DNA of 64,000 nt, taken from IMG/VR virus record IMGVR_UViG_3300024983_000146, one strand, 5' to 3'. Origin of the DNA: a virus. The notes under the pieces were generated by a model. That model did no database searches. It saw only the letters and a program-made list of their open reading frames with translations, and was not told the DNA's origin. A program made the position numbers and the translations under genes. Shown here in pieces: positions 1-8,988 of the stretch. Positions within the stretch are counted from its first letter, which is position 1. Each line of letters begins with the position of its first letter.

Positions 1-1
1 T

Positions 2-1162
2 TCACGAGGTTTTAAGTACTCTTTTTTAGTTTGGATAGATGAGACCGGTAAAAAGTGGATTATTGACGCTCATCAAAGGAAAAAGGCACTTGCTGAGTTA
101 AGAAGCCAGGGTTACAACATTCCGGCCATTCCTTACGAGTCAATTTATGCAGAGGATAAAAGAGACGCAGTTGCAGAGATAGCTGCTCAGAACTCCATTT
201 TTGCCCAAAAGAACCCGGATACCATCTTGTTTGACAAGTACGAAATATCTGAAGACGATCTTTCCATCTTTAATTTAGATATGAGTCCAATAAATATGGA
301 CTTTTCCAATATGCTCTCTGATGAACCTGAATTAAAGGCGGAGCAAGATAATTACGAAGAACCGGAAGATCTGCAGACGGATATAGTACTTGGAGATATT
401 ATCGAATTCTCATTGGGTAATCTGAAGCATCGTCTTCTTTGTGGAGATAGCACAAGCTCTGAGGATGTTGCTAAGCTACTCGCAGGAACCAAGCCCATGT
501 TGATGGTAACAGATCCTCCTTATGGAGTGAATTATGATCCAAGCTGGAGGGCCAAAGTAGGAGGAAAGATTAAGTCTGTAAGCAAAGTTACAAATGATGA
601 TAATCCTTCCTGGTTTAACGCGTATGTTCTCTTCCCCGGTAATGTAGTTTACATATGGCATGGGGCTCTTTTTACACACGTCTTTGCCACCGATATCGAG
701 GAGGCCGGTTTTAGCCTTATATCTCAAATAATTTGGAATAAAAATACTTGTGCAATGTCCAGGGGAGATATCCACTGGAAGCATGAATCGTGCTGGTATG
801 GAGTGAAAAAGGGACAGAGACACAACTGGCAAGGGGCAAGAAATGTAATGTCAGTGTGGGATATCCAAAACCTATCATCAAAAAGCGTCCGGGAGAGAGA
901 GGGGGTTTCAGGTCATGGGACACAGAAACCAATTGAGTGCATGGCTAGGCCGATAATGAATAATTCAGCTATTAACGACTTGGTTTATGATCCTTTCATT
1001 GGTTCCGGGACAACTATGGTGGCAGCTCATCAGCTTCACAGGAACTGTTATGCAATGGAAATCACACCAAAACATTGTCAGATGGTAATTGAAAGAATGA
1101 AGCGGTTTGACTCAAAAATTATTGTAACAATTAATGGTCTAGAGTATAATGGCAACATATGA
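2..1162 (+). CDS. ParB-like N-terminal domain fused to N6A/N4C DNA methyltransferase (5'-truncated by window)
   Basis: Frame is open from base 2 (SRGFKYSFLVW...WIIDAHQRKKAL, ParB-like IIDGHQR motif). DPPY catalytic motif, HGTQKP and DPFIGSGTT SAM-binding motif. Confidence 0.85.
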   Translation, partial: SRGFKYSFLVWIDETGKKWIIDAHQRKKALAELRSQGYNIPAIPYESIYAEDKRDAVAEIAAQNSIFAQKNPDTILFDKYEISEDDLSIFNLDMSPINMDFSNMLSDEPELKAEQDNYEEPEDLQTDIVLGDIIEFSLGNLKHRLLCGDSTSSEDVAKLLAGTKPMLMVTDPPYGVNYDPSWRAKVGGKIKSVSKVTNDDNPSWFNAYVLFPGNVVYIWHGALFTHVFATDIEEAGFSLISQIIWNKNTCAMSRGDIHWKHESCWYGVKKGQRHNWQGARNVMSVWDIQNLSSKSVREREGVSGHGTQKPIECMARPIMNNSAINDLVYDPFIGSGTTMVAAHQLHRNCYAMEITPKHCQMVIERMKRFDSKIIVTINGLEYNGNI

Positions 1163-1460
1163 TAGTCACATACTTGTAAAAGTAAGGAATTGGGCAGCAT
1201 TAAAATACTCTCCATCAAGAATTATCACTTTGCTTGATCTATCCAAGGAGGATGCTCTGGTTTTTCTTGATGATATTGAAACAGAAGACCATCCACTGAA
1301 GAAGATGTATGAATTAGGCATTGCGATAGGAGAATACAATATGGATGTATCTCTTGTGAAGCAAGCAGAAGGTGGTAATATGGATGCAGAGATTCAATTA
1401 AGACAACGCCAAAAGGAGTTGAAAATCAGAGAAATAAAAAAAGAGTTGTTTGGAGTATGA
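1149..1460 (+). CDS. Phage hypothetical protein
   Basis: 103-aa ORF overlapping both neighbours in the packaging operon. Confidence 0.7.
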   Translation: MATYDSHILVKVRNWAALKYSPSRIITLLDLSKEDALVFLDDIETEDHPLKKMYELGIAIGEYNMDVSLVKQAEGGNMDAEIQLRQRQKELKIREIKKELFGV

Positions 1461-2089
1461 ATAAGCTAGAGAGGTTACAGACTATTGATCCTGATGTGTT
1501 GCAGAACTTCCTGAAAACGCGCAGAAGCGCTGCTCTTCCTGAAGATTTGCAGGACTACATTATTAAAATTAATGCTGTACCCTCTATCGTTCATCACCAG
1601 GGCGCTAATATGACCAGAGTGGTAAGAGCCCTTCAGAAACAGTTTCCGGCCATTAACTATAGTACAGCTCGTGATATCTATTACGATGCAATGAACTTCT
1701 TCCATATTGATGATACAATTACCGTAGATGCCTGGGATAATTATTATGCAGATAAAATGGAGGATCTGGCCAGAGTCAGCATTGCCCTGGATAAACTTGA
1801 CACTGCGAAAAGATGCTATGACAAGGCCCACGAATTCAGGACCAAAGCTGCAGAGAGGATTAAAGTGACAGACTGGCAAGTGCCCGTATTCATCATTACT
1901 AACAAGGTTAAACATACTGATCTTGGATTTGAGAAGAAGAGCCTTCATGATATTGTCAGAAAGGATGAAGATGGATTTTACATAAATCTGATCAACTCTC
2001 TTGAGACTTCAGATAAGGAGAAAAAGAGACTTATCAGAGAAGCAAATATTGTTGATGTTGAACATGAGGAGGTAATGGAAGATGAATAG
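1457..2089 (+). CDS. Phage protein, candidate terminase small subunit
   Basis: Helical 210-aa ORF directly upstream of the large terminase; assigned by position. Confidence 0.5.
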   Translation: MNKLERLQTIDPDVLQNFLKTRRSAALPEDLQDYIIKINAVPSIVHHQGANMTRVVRALQKQFPAINYSTARDIYYDAMNFFHIDDTITVDAWDNYYADKMEDLARVSIALDKLDTAKRCYDKAHEFRTKAAERIKVTDWQVPVFIITNKVKHTDLGFEKKSLHDIVRKDEDGFYINLINSLETSDKEKKRLIREANIVDVEHEEVMEDE

Positions 2090-3788
2090 TGAAAATGAAT
2101 ATATCAGTTTTGAAGAGCTTTATTTGAATAATATGCAGTTGCTAGTTCAGATAGTAGACTGCAATACTGTTATCATAGAGGCTGGCAGGGGAACCGGAAA
2201 AACAGAAGGTGTAACCAGTAGAAGGACCATTGCAGTTGCTAAGGATCTCCCAAGGGAAACATCTGTATTAGCTCACAAATCATATGTAGCATTGCTCGCC
2301 AATGTAGTGCCTAATATCCTTGCATTTTATTCAGAACCAAGAGGAGATGAACAGAAGCCACTTCTAAGAGAGGGAGTTGATTATGTGGTAGGGGAGAGAA
2401 CTTTACCAGGACATTTTCAGAAACCAAGATTTGCGCCGGAGCATCCTGAGCATACAATCTTCTTTGCGAATGGCCATAACATTCGTCTTGTGGCTACAGA
2501 TCAGCAAGAGTCAATCGCAGGATCAAATATTGTGCACATTTTTATAGAGGAGATGAAGCTCAATAAAGGGGATAAACTTAAGAGCAGACTTATTCCGGCA
2601 ATGCGTATTGGCAGGCTGTCAAAAAACATATCTCAGACACAGGCTTCTATCTACTATCAGGGAGTCACCGGTGTATCTGATACTGCTAGAGTTTCAATAG
2701 GAGAGGACTCGTGGTTTCAGGAGTATGAGGAGAATATGAATGAAGAGCTTGTTGCTGAAATTGTAACTCTTTCACTGCATATTAATGAAGCTCTCTACAA
2801 TATTCATCAGGGGAGAAATGTAGAGGCAATGCATAAAAGAGTAGCAAAATACTCTCCAATTCTAAACAGAATGCGTAAGGTGGCCACCCTGTATATGAGG
2901 GTAAGTACCTTCATCAACCGGGACGTGTTAGGCCCTCAATATTTTGCCACTCAAAAGAAAATGCTTACATCTTCTGAGTTCCTGACCTCAATCTGCTCTA
3001 TCAGAGAGAAGAAGGCAGAGAATATGTTCGTAGCCAACTTTGATGAGCTGACTCATACATTTGATGATTCTTACAAATATGAGGCAATAATGAAGTTTAA
3101 CCTGAAAGATAACTTCAGAATCACTTCCGAATATCTGAAACATTACAACCCTGACGAAAAACTGGAACTCGGATTTGATCCCGGATCGTTTGCTTCATTT
3201 GTTGTTGCCCAAGAAAACAGAAAAGCAAACGAATACAGGATCCTCAAGGAGCACTATGTTTATTCTCCAAAAGACCTCCCGGAATTGGCCAGAGAGTTCA
3301 ATCAGTTTTGGTGCAATCGTAGAAATAGAAATATTGACTTGTATTATGACCGGGCAGGTAATCAGCGCAAACCACAAAAAAGGCAACACGAAACTGACGC
3401 AAAAGAACTCAAACACGAGCTGGAGAAATACGGGTGGAGAGTCCGCCTGATGAGTTTAAATCAAAGAACGATTTTTCACTGGGAGCTTTACAAGTTGATG
3501 CTAAAGTTGTTTGCGCCTGATGATAAGGCGGTTCCAAAAATTTTGATTGATTCAAACGAATGCCCTAATCTGATATCATCAATTTATGCAGCACCAATAA
3601 AAAAAGGTTCTAATCCAATTGAGCTGGATAAATCAAGTGAAGTTAAGTTGCCATTAAACCTTCAGGCAGGCTTATCTACTCAAATTCCTTCCGGAATGTT
3701 CTATTTGCTGTGGGGAAAATTTGAGAAATTTTTAATTATGACAAAAGGTGCTTTTTCGGGCACTCTTCCGGGAAATATGACGGTGTAA
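2082..3788 (+). CDS. terL: Terminase large subunit (prophage 1)
   Basis: Walker A AGRGTGKT, Walker B FIEE, RNase H-like C-terminus (GFDPG, YYDRAGN). Confidence 0.85.
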   Translation: MNSENEYISFEELYLNNMQLLVQIVDCNTVIIEAGRGTGKTEGVTSRRTIAVAKDLPRETSVLAHKSYVALLANVVPNILAFYSEPRGDEQKPLLREGVDYVVGERTLPGHFQKPRFAPEHPEHTIFFANGHNIRLVATDQQESIAGSNIVHIFIEEMKLNKGDKLKSRLIPAMRIGRLSKNISQTQASIYYQGVTGVSDTARVSIGEDSWFQEYEENMNEELVAEIVTLSLHINEALYNIHQGRNVEAMHKRVAKYSPILNRMRKVATLYMRVSTFINRDVLGPQYFATQKKMLTSSEFLTSICSIREKKAENMFVANFDELTHTFDDSYKYEAIMKFNLKDNFRITSEYLKHYNPDEKLELGFDPGSFASFVVAQENRKANEYRILKEHYVYSPKDLPELAREFNQFWCNRRNRNIDLYYDRAGNQRKPQKRQHETDAKELKHELEKYGWRVRLMSLNQRTIFHWELYKLMLKLFAPDDKAVPKILIDSNECPNLISSIYAAPIKKGSNPIELDKSSEVKLPLNLQAGLSTQIPSGMFYLLWGKFEKFLIMTKGAFSGTLPGNMTV

Positions 3789-4041
3789 AATATATAAAAT
3801 TGAGGGGTGATGACATTAAAGCAAGGTTTAAAATATTGATAGACAATATTTATATAGGGAAATGGGAAAAAAATAAAAAAAATCCCGATTCGAAACCTCG
3901 AGGCGCTGATTTTGAGAAATGAAATGCAGATAGACGGAATGTCGGAAAATATGATGGGGCTTGGGTTTCGGGATATAGATAGTGTCTATTGACTCAAATG
4001 CAATATCGGGATCAAATTAAAGAGGATGTTTGTGCAATGCA

Positions 4042-4077
4042 TGTCCTTTATCACTTGGTAAACAGACGTGATCTTTG
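4042..4077 (+). promoter_or_regulatory. Putative prophage-1 late promoter TGTCCTTT-N20-GAnnTTTG (copy 1)
   Basis: Same motif and spacing as 14145-14180; ends 4 nt before an ATG. Confidence 0.6.
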
Positions 4078-4081
4078 AACT

Positions 4082-4399
4082 ATGGAAACGATTGATGGAC
4101 ATAAGGCTCTGAAGACTTTAGAGGATATTACTAAAGCAGGAGAAACATTTACTATCTCATTCTTCAAGTGTTCGCGTTCAAAAAGAGAAGCATCAACAAA
4201 GTTGAGGACAATCTCTGGCTGTAGGACTAGGGCTCAGATGCCACACGAGAAATGGGATATTGATGGAGACAATTACTTTTTGTTTGAGTGTTTAGAGGGG
4301 CCTAAAGCCTGTTATAAATATCTAATTAGATACATAGGCCTCCCTTACGATAATTATAGATTAAAGAGAGTTAAATGGGTTAATAATGATGAAGAGTAG
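4082..4399 (+). CDS. Phage hypothetical protein
   Basis: 105-aa ORF between terminase and portal. Confidence 0.7.
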   Translation: METIDGHKALKTLEDITKAGETFTISFFKCSRSKREASTKLRTISGCRTRAQMPHEKWDIDGDNYFLFECLEGPKACYKYLIRYIGLPYDNYRLKRVKWVNNDEE

Positions 4400-5873
4400 T
4401 AATAAGTATGCATTGAACAGCCTTGGCTATATAAAAGCCGGGCCAGATACATTCACTTATCAGATAGGTGAAACATTACAGGAGGCTCAAGAACTCTTCT
4501 CAGACTCTATACAGAGTACAGGAAGGAGTAATGCCCAACTGGTGAAAGTAGATAAGTATAAAGTCTATCCGGCAGGATATAACAACCTAGAGCCTAATGA
4601 GCAGAAAGAGATGATTGCTTCTAACAGACTGCTCCCTGAGCTTATAGAGAAGCAGATCCGTATGCTCTATGGGACCGGACCTGTTCTCTATATTACTAGA
4701 AGAAAGGGCAAGGATGTCTGGAAGGAGTTTGTGGAGCACCAAGAGATTGAAGAATGGTTAGATTCGTGGTTAGAGAACGGCCTTGCTGATGATTATAAGA
4801 CATACTTCAACAAGGCGATCCGCTCATACTACTACGATGAAGGAGTGTTTACAAAGTGGAGAATGACTGTAGGGATGAGAGTGGGGATTAATAAAGTAGC
4901 CGGGTTAGAGCATGTGTCAAATCTGAGGGCGAGACTGGCCACTACTGCAGACACAATGAACAGAACAGACTACGAAGATAGTGAGTTTAACTATGTAATT
5001 ATTGGCAACTGGATGCAGCCGGGCAAAGAGTATAAGGTTTATAATCGCTTTGATTATACTGCTCCATTCTCACACCCCACTGCAATAAGCTACTCTAAGA
5101 ACCCTTCTCATGGCGAAGAGATTTATGCGTACAATGTCTTTTTCAGGGGTATCAGGGCCTGGGTAATTGGATCTAATCGTACTCCTGAATATATCAACAG
5201 CTTCCTAGAAAATGCCATCTCTGCAAGGCTCCATATCATCATCCCAAATGCGTGGGTGCAGTCAAAAGTTGAGATGCTTAAAGATATGTGTTCGACTAAT
5301 TCAGAGAGGAAATCAGATAATCAAGAGTTACTTATTATTAAGTTCTCTGACTCAGATATTATGGAGGTAGGAACTGAGTATCATGAAGGATTAATAGCAG
5401 AATACACAACTAAAGAACTGCGAAAATTGGCTAACTATCTATCGGGTGCCGGCAAAAATCAGGGTAAATTGTATGCCTCATACAGCTTCACAAATAGTGA
5501 AGGCCAGGAGGAGCGTTGGAAAATTGAAGAAATTCCGAATAAATCCAAGGAGTATATTGAAGCTCATACAACCTACGATAAGCGTGCAGATGAGGTTATT
5601 ACATCAGCCAAGGGTGTAGACTCCTCAATCTCGAATATTTCTAAGGATGGTGTTATTTCCAAGTCCGGAGCGGATGCGCATTATAATTACATGATCTACC
5701 TGAATGGGCTTACCATTCCGGAGGATGTTGTTTGCCGGGACATCAATTTTGCCATTAAATTGAACTTCCCTGAAGCTTATAAAACAGGTATAAGGCTCGG
5801 ATTTTACCGTTCTGCGATTGAGAAACAGCAGAATGTATCAGAAGATAACAGACTCACAAATTCACAAGTTTAG
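4386..5873 (+). CDS. Portal protein (prophage 1)
   Basis: 495 aa, follows terminase; resembles Bacteroidota prophage portals. Confidence 0.7.
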   Translation: MMKSSNKYALNSLGYIKAGPDTFTYQIGETLQEAQELFSDSIQSTGRSNAQLVKVDKYKVYPAGYNNLEPNEQKEMIASNRLLPELIEKQIRMLYGTGPVLYITRRKGKDVWKEFVEHQEIEEWLDSWLENGLADDYKTYFNKAIRSYYYDEGVFTKWRMTVGMRVGINKVAGLEHVSNLRARLATTADTMNRTDYEDSEFNYVIIGNWMQPGKEYKVYNRFDYTAPFSHPTAISYSKNPSHGEEIYAYNVFFRGIRAWVIGSNRTPEYINSFLENAISARLHIIIPNAWVQSKVEMLKDMCSTNSERKSDNQELLIIKFSDSDIMEVGTEYHEGLIAEYTTKELRKLANYLSGAGKNQGKLYASYSFTNSEGQEERWKIEEIPNKSKEYIEAHTTYDKRADEVITSAKGVDSSISNISKDGVISKSGADAHYNYMIYLNGLTIPEDVVCRDINFAIKLNFPEAYKTGIRLGFYRSAIEKQQNVSEDNRLTNSQV

Positions 5874-5875
5874 AC

Positions 5876-6745
5876 ATGAATACAATAGACTTTTTTGATA
5901 GTATAGATGAATTCAGATCATTTGCACCAGGAGTAGACGGATCTCTACTACTTGAGTCCCTCTATCCCTCATTTTTGCCAACAAGAACCAAGATTCAGGA
6001 GGTAATAACGCTAGCGGTTTATGATGCTATTAAGGCTGATTCAGCGGCTGAAAATTCTGCTCATATGCCTGCTGTTTTGGCAATTAAATCTGCTGTATCA
6101 AACTATACAATGTATAAATACTTGATTTTTGATGCTGTGAGCAAAAACGGGAGCGAGCAAAAGCTTTATAAATATCAACTAGAAGAGATACGAGAGGAAT
6201 ATATCACACTGTTTTGGGCCTCTATGGATGAGTTGCTGAGATATCTGAATTCACACCCTGATTTGGGTAACTGGAAAGATTCAGACCAATATAAACAACT
6301 ACAGGAGCTGCCAATAAAAAATGCTAAAGAGTTCAATGGCTACTTTGGTATTGACAATTCTCCATATTTCTTCTCCAAGATTCAGTTTTTAATCAAGAAG
6401 ATTAATCAAGACCAAATTATTCCAAGAATAGGAGACATTTCATTGCTCACAAACAAAAAGTTAAAGGATAAGTGTAAAAGAGCTCTCTGTAGCCATGTTA
6501 TGGCTGAAGCTGCAATGCTGTTTGACATCACAGAGTTGCCAAAATCTATCAGAAATGATGTTGCTCACGAATTCACCAAAGGAGGCACAGCTGTTCAGGT
6601 AAGAGAAAAGCTCAATGCTATAATTATGAAAGATGTTCTGGGCTACTATGCAGATATTGAGAGATCAAAAACACTCTCTTCCGGAGTAACCGAGAATGTA
6701 GTTAATAACAATCGTGAAAGCGATAAAATATATTTTATGTCATGA
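5876..6745 (+). CDS. Head-tail connector-like protein (DUF6712-like)
   Basis: Helical 289-aa ORF right after portal; family recalled. Confidence 0.5.
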   Translation: MNTIDFFDSIDEFRSFAPGVDGSLLLESLYPSFLPTRTKIQEVITLAVYDAIKADSAAENSAHMPAVLAIKSAVSNYTMYKYLIFDAVSKNGSEQKLYKYQLEEIREEYITLFWASMDELLRYLNSHPDLGNWKDSDQYKQLQELPIKNAKEFNGYFGIDNSPYFFSKIQFLIKKINQDQIIPRIGDISLLTNKKLKDKCKRALCSHVMAEAAMLFDITELPKSIRNDVAHEFTKGGTAVQVREKLNAIIMKDVLGYYADIERSKTLSSGVTENVVNNNRESDKIYFMS

Positions 6746-7740
6746 TTACAAAACTTGAAAAAAGGCTCCTCGGAGCTTCAAATAATGTGATATTTCCAAC
6801 ATCTTGGGAAGAACTGGATCCTGTTCAGTTTATTACTGTAATATGCATCCTTCTCGAGTTTAAGGCAAAGAAATTTGATGTCAGAGAGTTGCAGTTAAGA
6901 CTCTACACAGAGCTATCTAACATTAATACCAGGCAAATTCTCAGAAGAGACTACAACTGGTTTGAAAAAGAGATTTTCGCAAACCTGGACAGGATGAATT
7001 TCTGTTTTAAATATGTCTACGATGATCCTCGCTTCAAGAATCTGGATTTAAAGATGCAGAAGTTGCTTAAAAAAAATAATCCTGAGAAAATTACAGACGA
7101 GCCTGAAGCTGTAATTGCATCAAAATTCAAGAGAACAGTAGAGATTGATGCTGCAATCAGTAAACAGCTAATCCCTAATATTTTTGTTGGGTTTAAGAAG
7201 TATTCAGGATATCGGTTTGAAAATAAAGGTGATATAGTTGATACTTCAATAATAGCTGAGCAGTTTGTTGATACGCTAACGATTATGTCGTTAATGGCTG
7301 ATCATGGGGCTGATAACTACATTGATCTGTTTATATCTACTCTTTACTGCCCGGGCGAGTATTCTTCAGCTCAAGCAAAAGCAAATATTGACAAGTTTAA
7401 AAAATTAAACCCGGTTATCAAGTATGGGATTGTATTCAATTTTGAATCAATTCTCTCCTGGCTAACGGGTGAGACAAAGTATAATATCCTTTTCAGTCGC
7501 AAACCGAAAAAGGTTAAATCAAAACAGAACCTTGGCTTCAATGCCATAATATACTCTATAACTGAGAAGGGCTATGGTAATATTAAAGAGGTGTCAAAAC
7601 TTAACCTGATTGAGTTTTTGGAGCTTATGTATAAAAACTTGATGGACTCAATAAATCAACTTGCAGAGTCAAAAATGAGCAAGGAGGAAATATCTAAGAA
7701 GCTTAACCTCTCAATTGAGCATTTAAATCAGATATTATGA
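6742..7740 (+). CDS. Phage morphogenesis hypothetical protein
   Basis: 332 aa, ATGA overlap, PxSWEEL start typical of this prophage family. Confidence 0.6.
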   Translation: MITKLEKRLLGASNNVIFPTSWEELDPVQFITVICILLEFKAKKFDVRELQLRLYTELSNINTRQILRRDYNWFEKEIFANLDRMNFCFKYVYDDPRFKNLDLKMQKLLKKNNPEKITDEPEAVIASKFKRTVEIDAAISKQLIPNIFVGFKKYSGYRFENKGDIVDTSIIAEQFVDTLTIMSLMADHGADNYIDLFISTLYCPGEYSSAQAKANIDKFKKLNPVIKYGIVFNFESILSWLTGETKYNILFSRKPKKVKSKQNLGFNAIIYSITEKGYGNIKEVSKLNLIEFLELMYKNLMDSINQLAESKMSKEEISKKLNLSIEHLNQIL

Positions 7741-8276
7741 TACTAGAAGATACATTCTTATTCTTTGCCAGATATCCGGAACATTCCGGAGTGATGAAGA
7801 ACTTCAATAAGAAGTCTCAGGCAGAGAGGTATTTATCATTTAAAAGTGCAGCTCAAGCATTGAACATCAAGTCTACTTATCCAGAGATTACAGACTATGT
7901 ATTTGGGGTATCTGACGAAGCTGTAAAAAAGAGAATATCTACAATACAGGGGCTTTATCTATTTGTTGACTATGGCAATATAAGAACTACTGAAAATTCT
8001 TATAAAGTGAAAAAAGATTCATTTGATCTTTCACTCACGATTGCTAAGCCATTCTCTTCCAATGCCGGATTTGATTCAATAGAAGAGCTAATTGAGATAG
8101 ACAGGGCTCTAGAGTTGCTTGCACTTATTAAAACAAATATATCAGAGAACAGGGAGGATCCTTATGTTAAAAAACTGACTCTTCCCACTGAAATCATTCC
8201 CTTTGCTTCAAAAGAATTAAGCAATTCCTTTGGGTTCAGTATGGTATTTCAGTTAGAAGGGATTGAAATGATATAA
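7737..8276 (+). CDS. Phage structural hypothetical protein (tail terminator-like)
   Basis: 179 aa, coupled ORF in the neck region. Confidence 0.5.
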   Translation: MILEDTFLFFARYPEHSGVMKNFNKKSQAERYLSFKSAAQALNIKSTYPEITDYVFGVSDEAVKKRISTIQGLYLFVDYGNIRTTENSYKVKKDSFDLSLTIAKPFSSNAGFDSIEELIEIDRALELLALIKTNISENREDPYVKKLTLPTEIIPFASKELSNSFGFSMVFQLEGIEMI

Positions 8277-8280
8277 TAAC

Positions 8281-8598
8281 ATGGCTAAGAAAATTGGTTT
8301 CCAAAAATCAGATAATGAGAACTCTGATAAGAGTAAAGAAAAGAGGGACCCTGATGAGTTAAGCTACTCTCTTCTTGATGAATTCTGTGCTAAGTACGCA
8401 CCTGCTGCAACAGTAGAGCAGTCAACAGACCAATTTACAACTGCAGAGATCACAAAGGCTATTATCTCATTCTCAGGAGATAGGTACTTAAAGAACGAAC
8501 ACATAAAGAATGCATTAATTGATAAAGGCTATAAATACTGTGTTGAGATTGAGAGCTATAAGCTTGTATTTAAATGGATGATAAAAGAGGTATTATGA
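8281..8598 (+). CDS. Phage hypothetical protein
   Basis: 105-aa coupled ORF. Confidence 0.6.
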   Translation: MAKKIGFQKSDNENSDKSKEKRDPDELSYSLLDEFCAKYAPAATVEQSTDQFTTAEITKAIISFSGDRYLKNEHIKNALIDKGYKYCVEIESYKLVFKWMIKEVL

Positions 8599-8987
8599 TT
8601 TCGGATGGAGCATTGAAAACACATTATGTTAGAGAGATCCTTGAGAGGGACGCTAAGTTCATAAATGAAACTCAGGGCAAGGTTATATCTGAAAACTTAA
8701 GGAGAGTATCAGGTCGCTTGCTAAGGTCCATTTACAGAAATGACTTTCAAATACAGGCTGATGATAACAGGATGATGCTTCAATTTAACTTCTTAAGATA
8801 TCTACGTTTTCTTGACATAAAGAGCTCGATGGATAAGTTTAAAAGCAAAGATCTGCGCTCAAAACTAGCCTTATATAACCGAGTGATATATGGCCGGTTA
8901 TACAATGAAACAAGGTCTGACATTAAATATGGCTTTACAGAGCAGATTAAAGATAGAATCAGAATGGAACTAGAAAAAGCTAAATGA
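8595..8987 (+). CDS. Phage neck/tail completion-like protein
   Basis: Basic ~130-aa ORF just before tape measure; ATG at 8595 overlaps the previous stop. Confidence 0.5.
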   Translation: MISDGALKTHYVREILERDAKFINETQGKVISENLRRVSGRLLRSIYRNDFQIQADDNRMMLQFNFLRYLRFLDIKSSMDKFKSKDLRSKLALYNRVIYGRLYNETRSDIKYGFTEQIKDRIRMELEKAK

Positions 8988-8988
8988 T

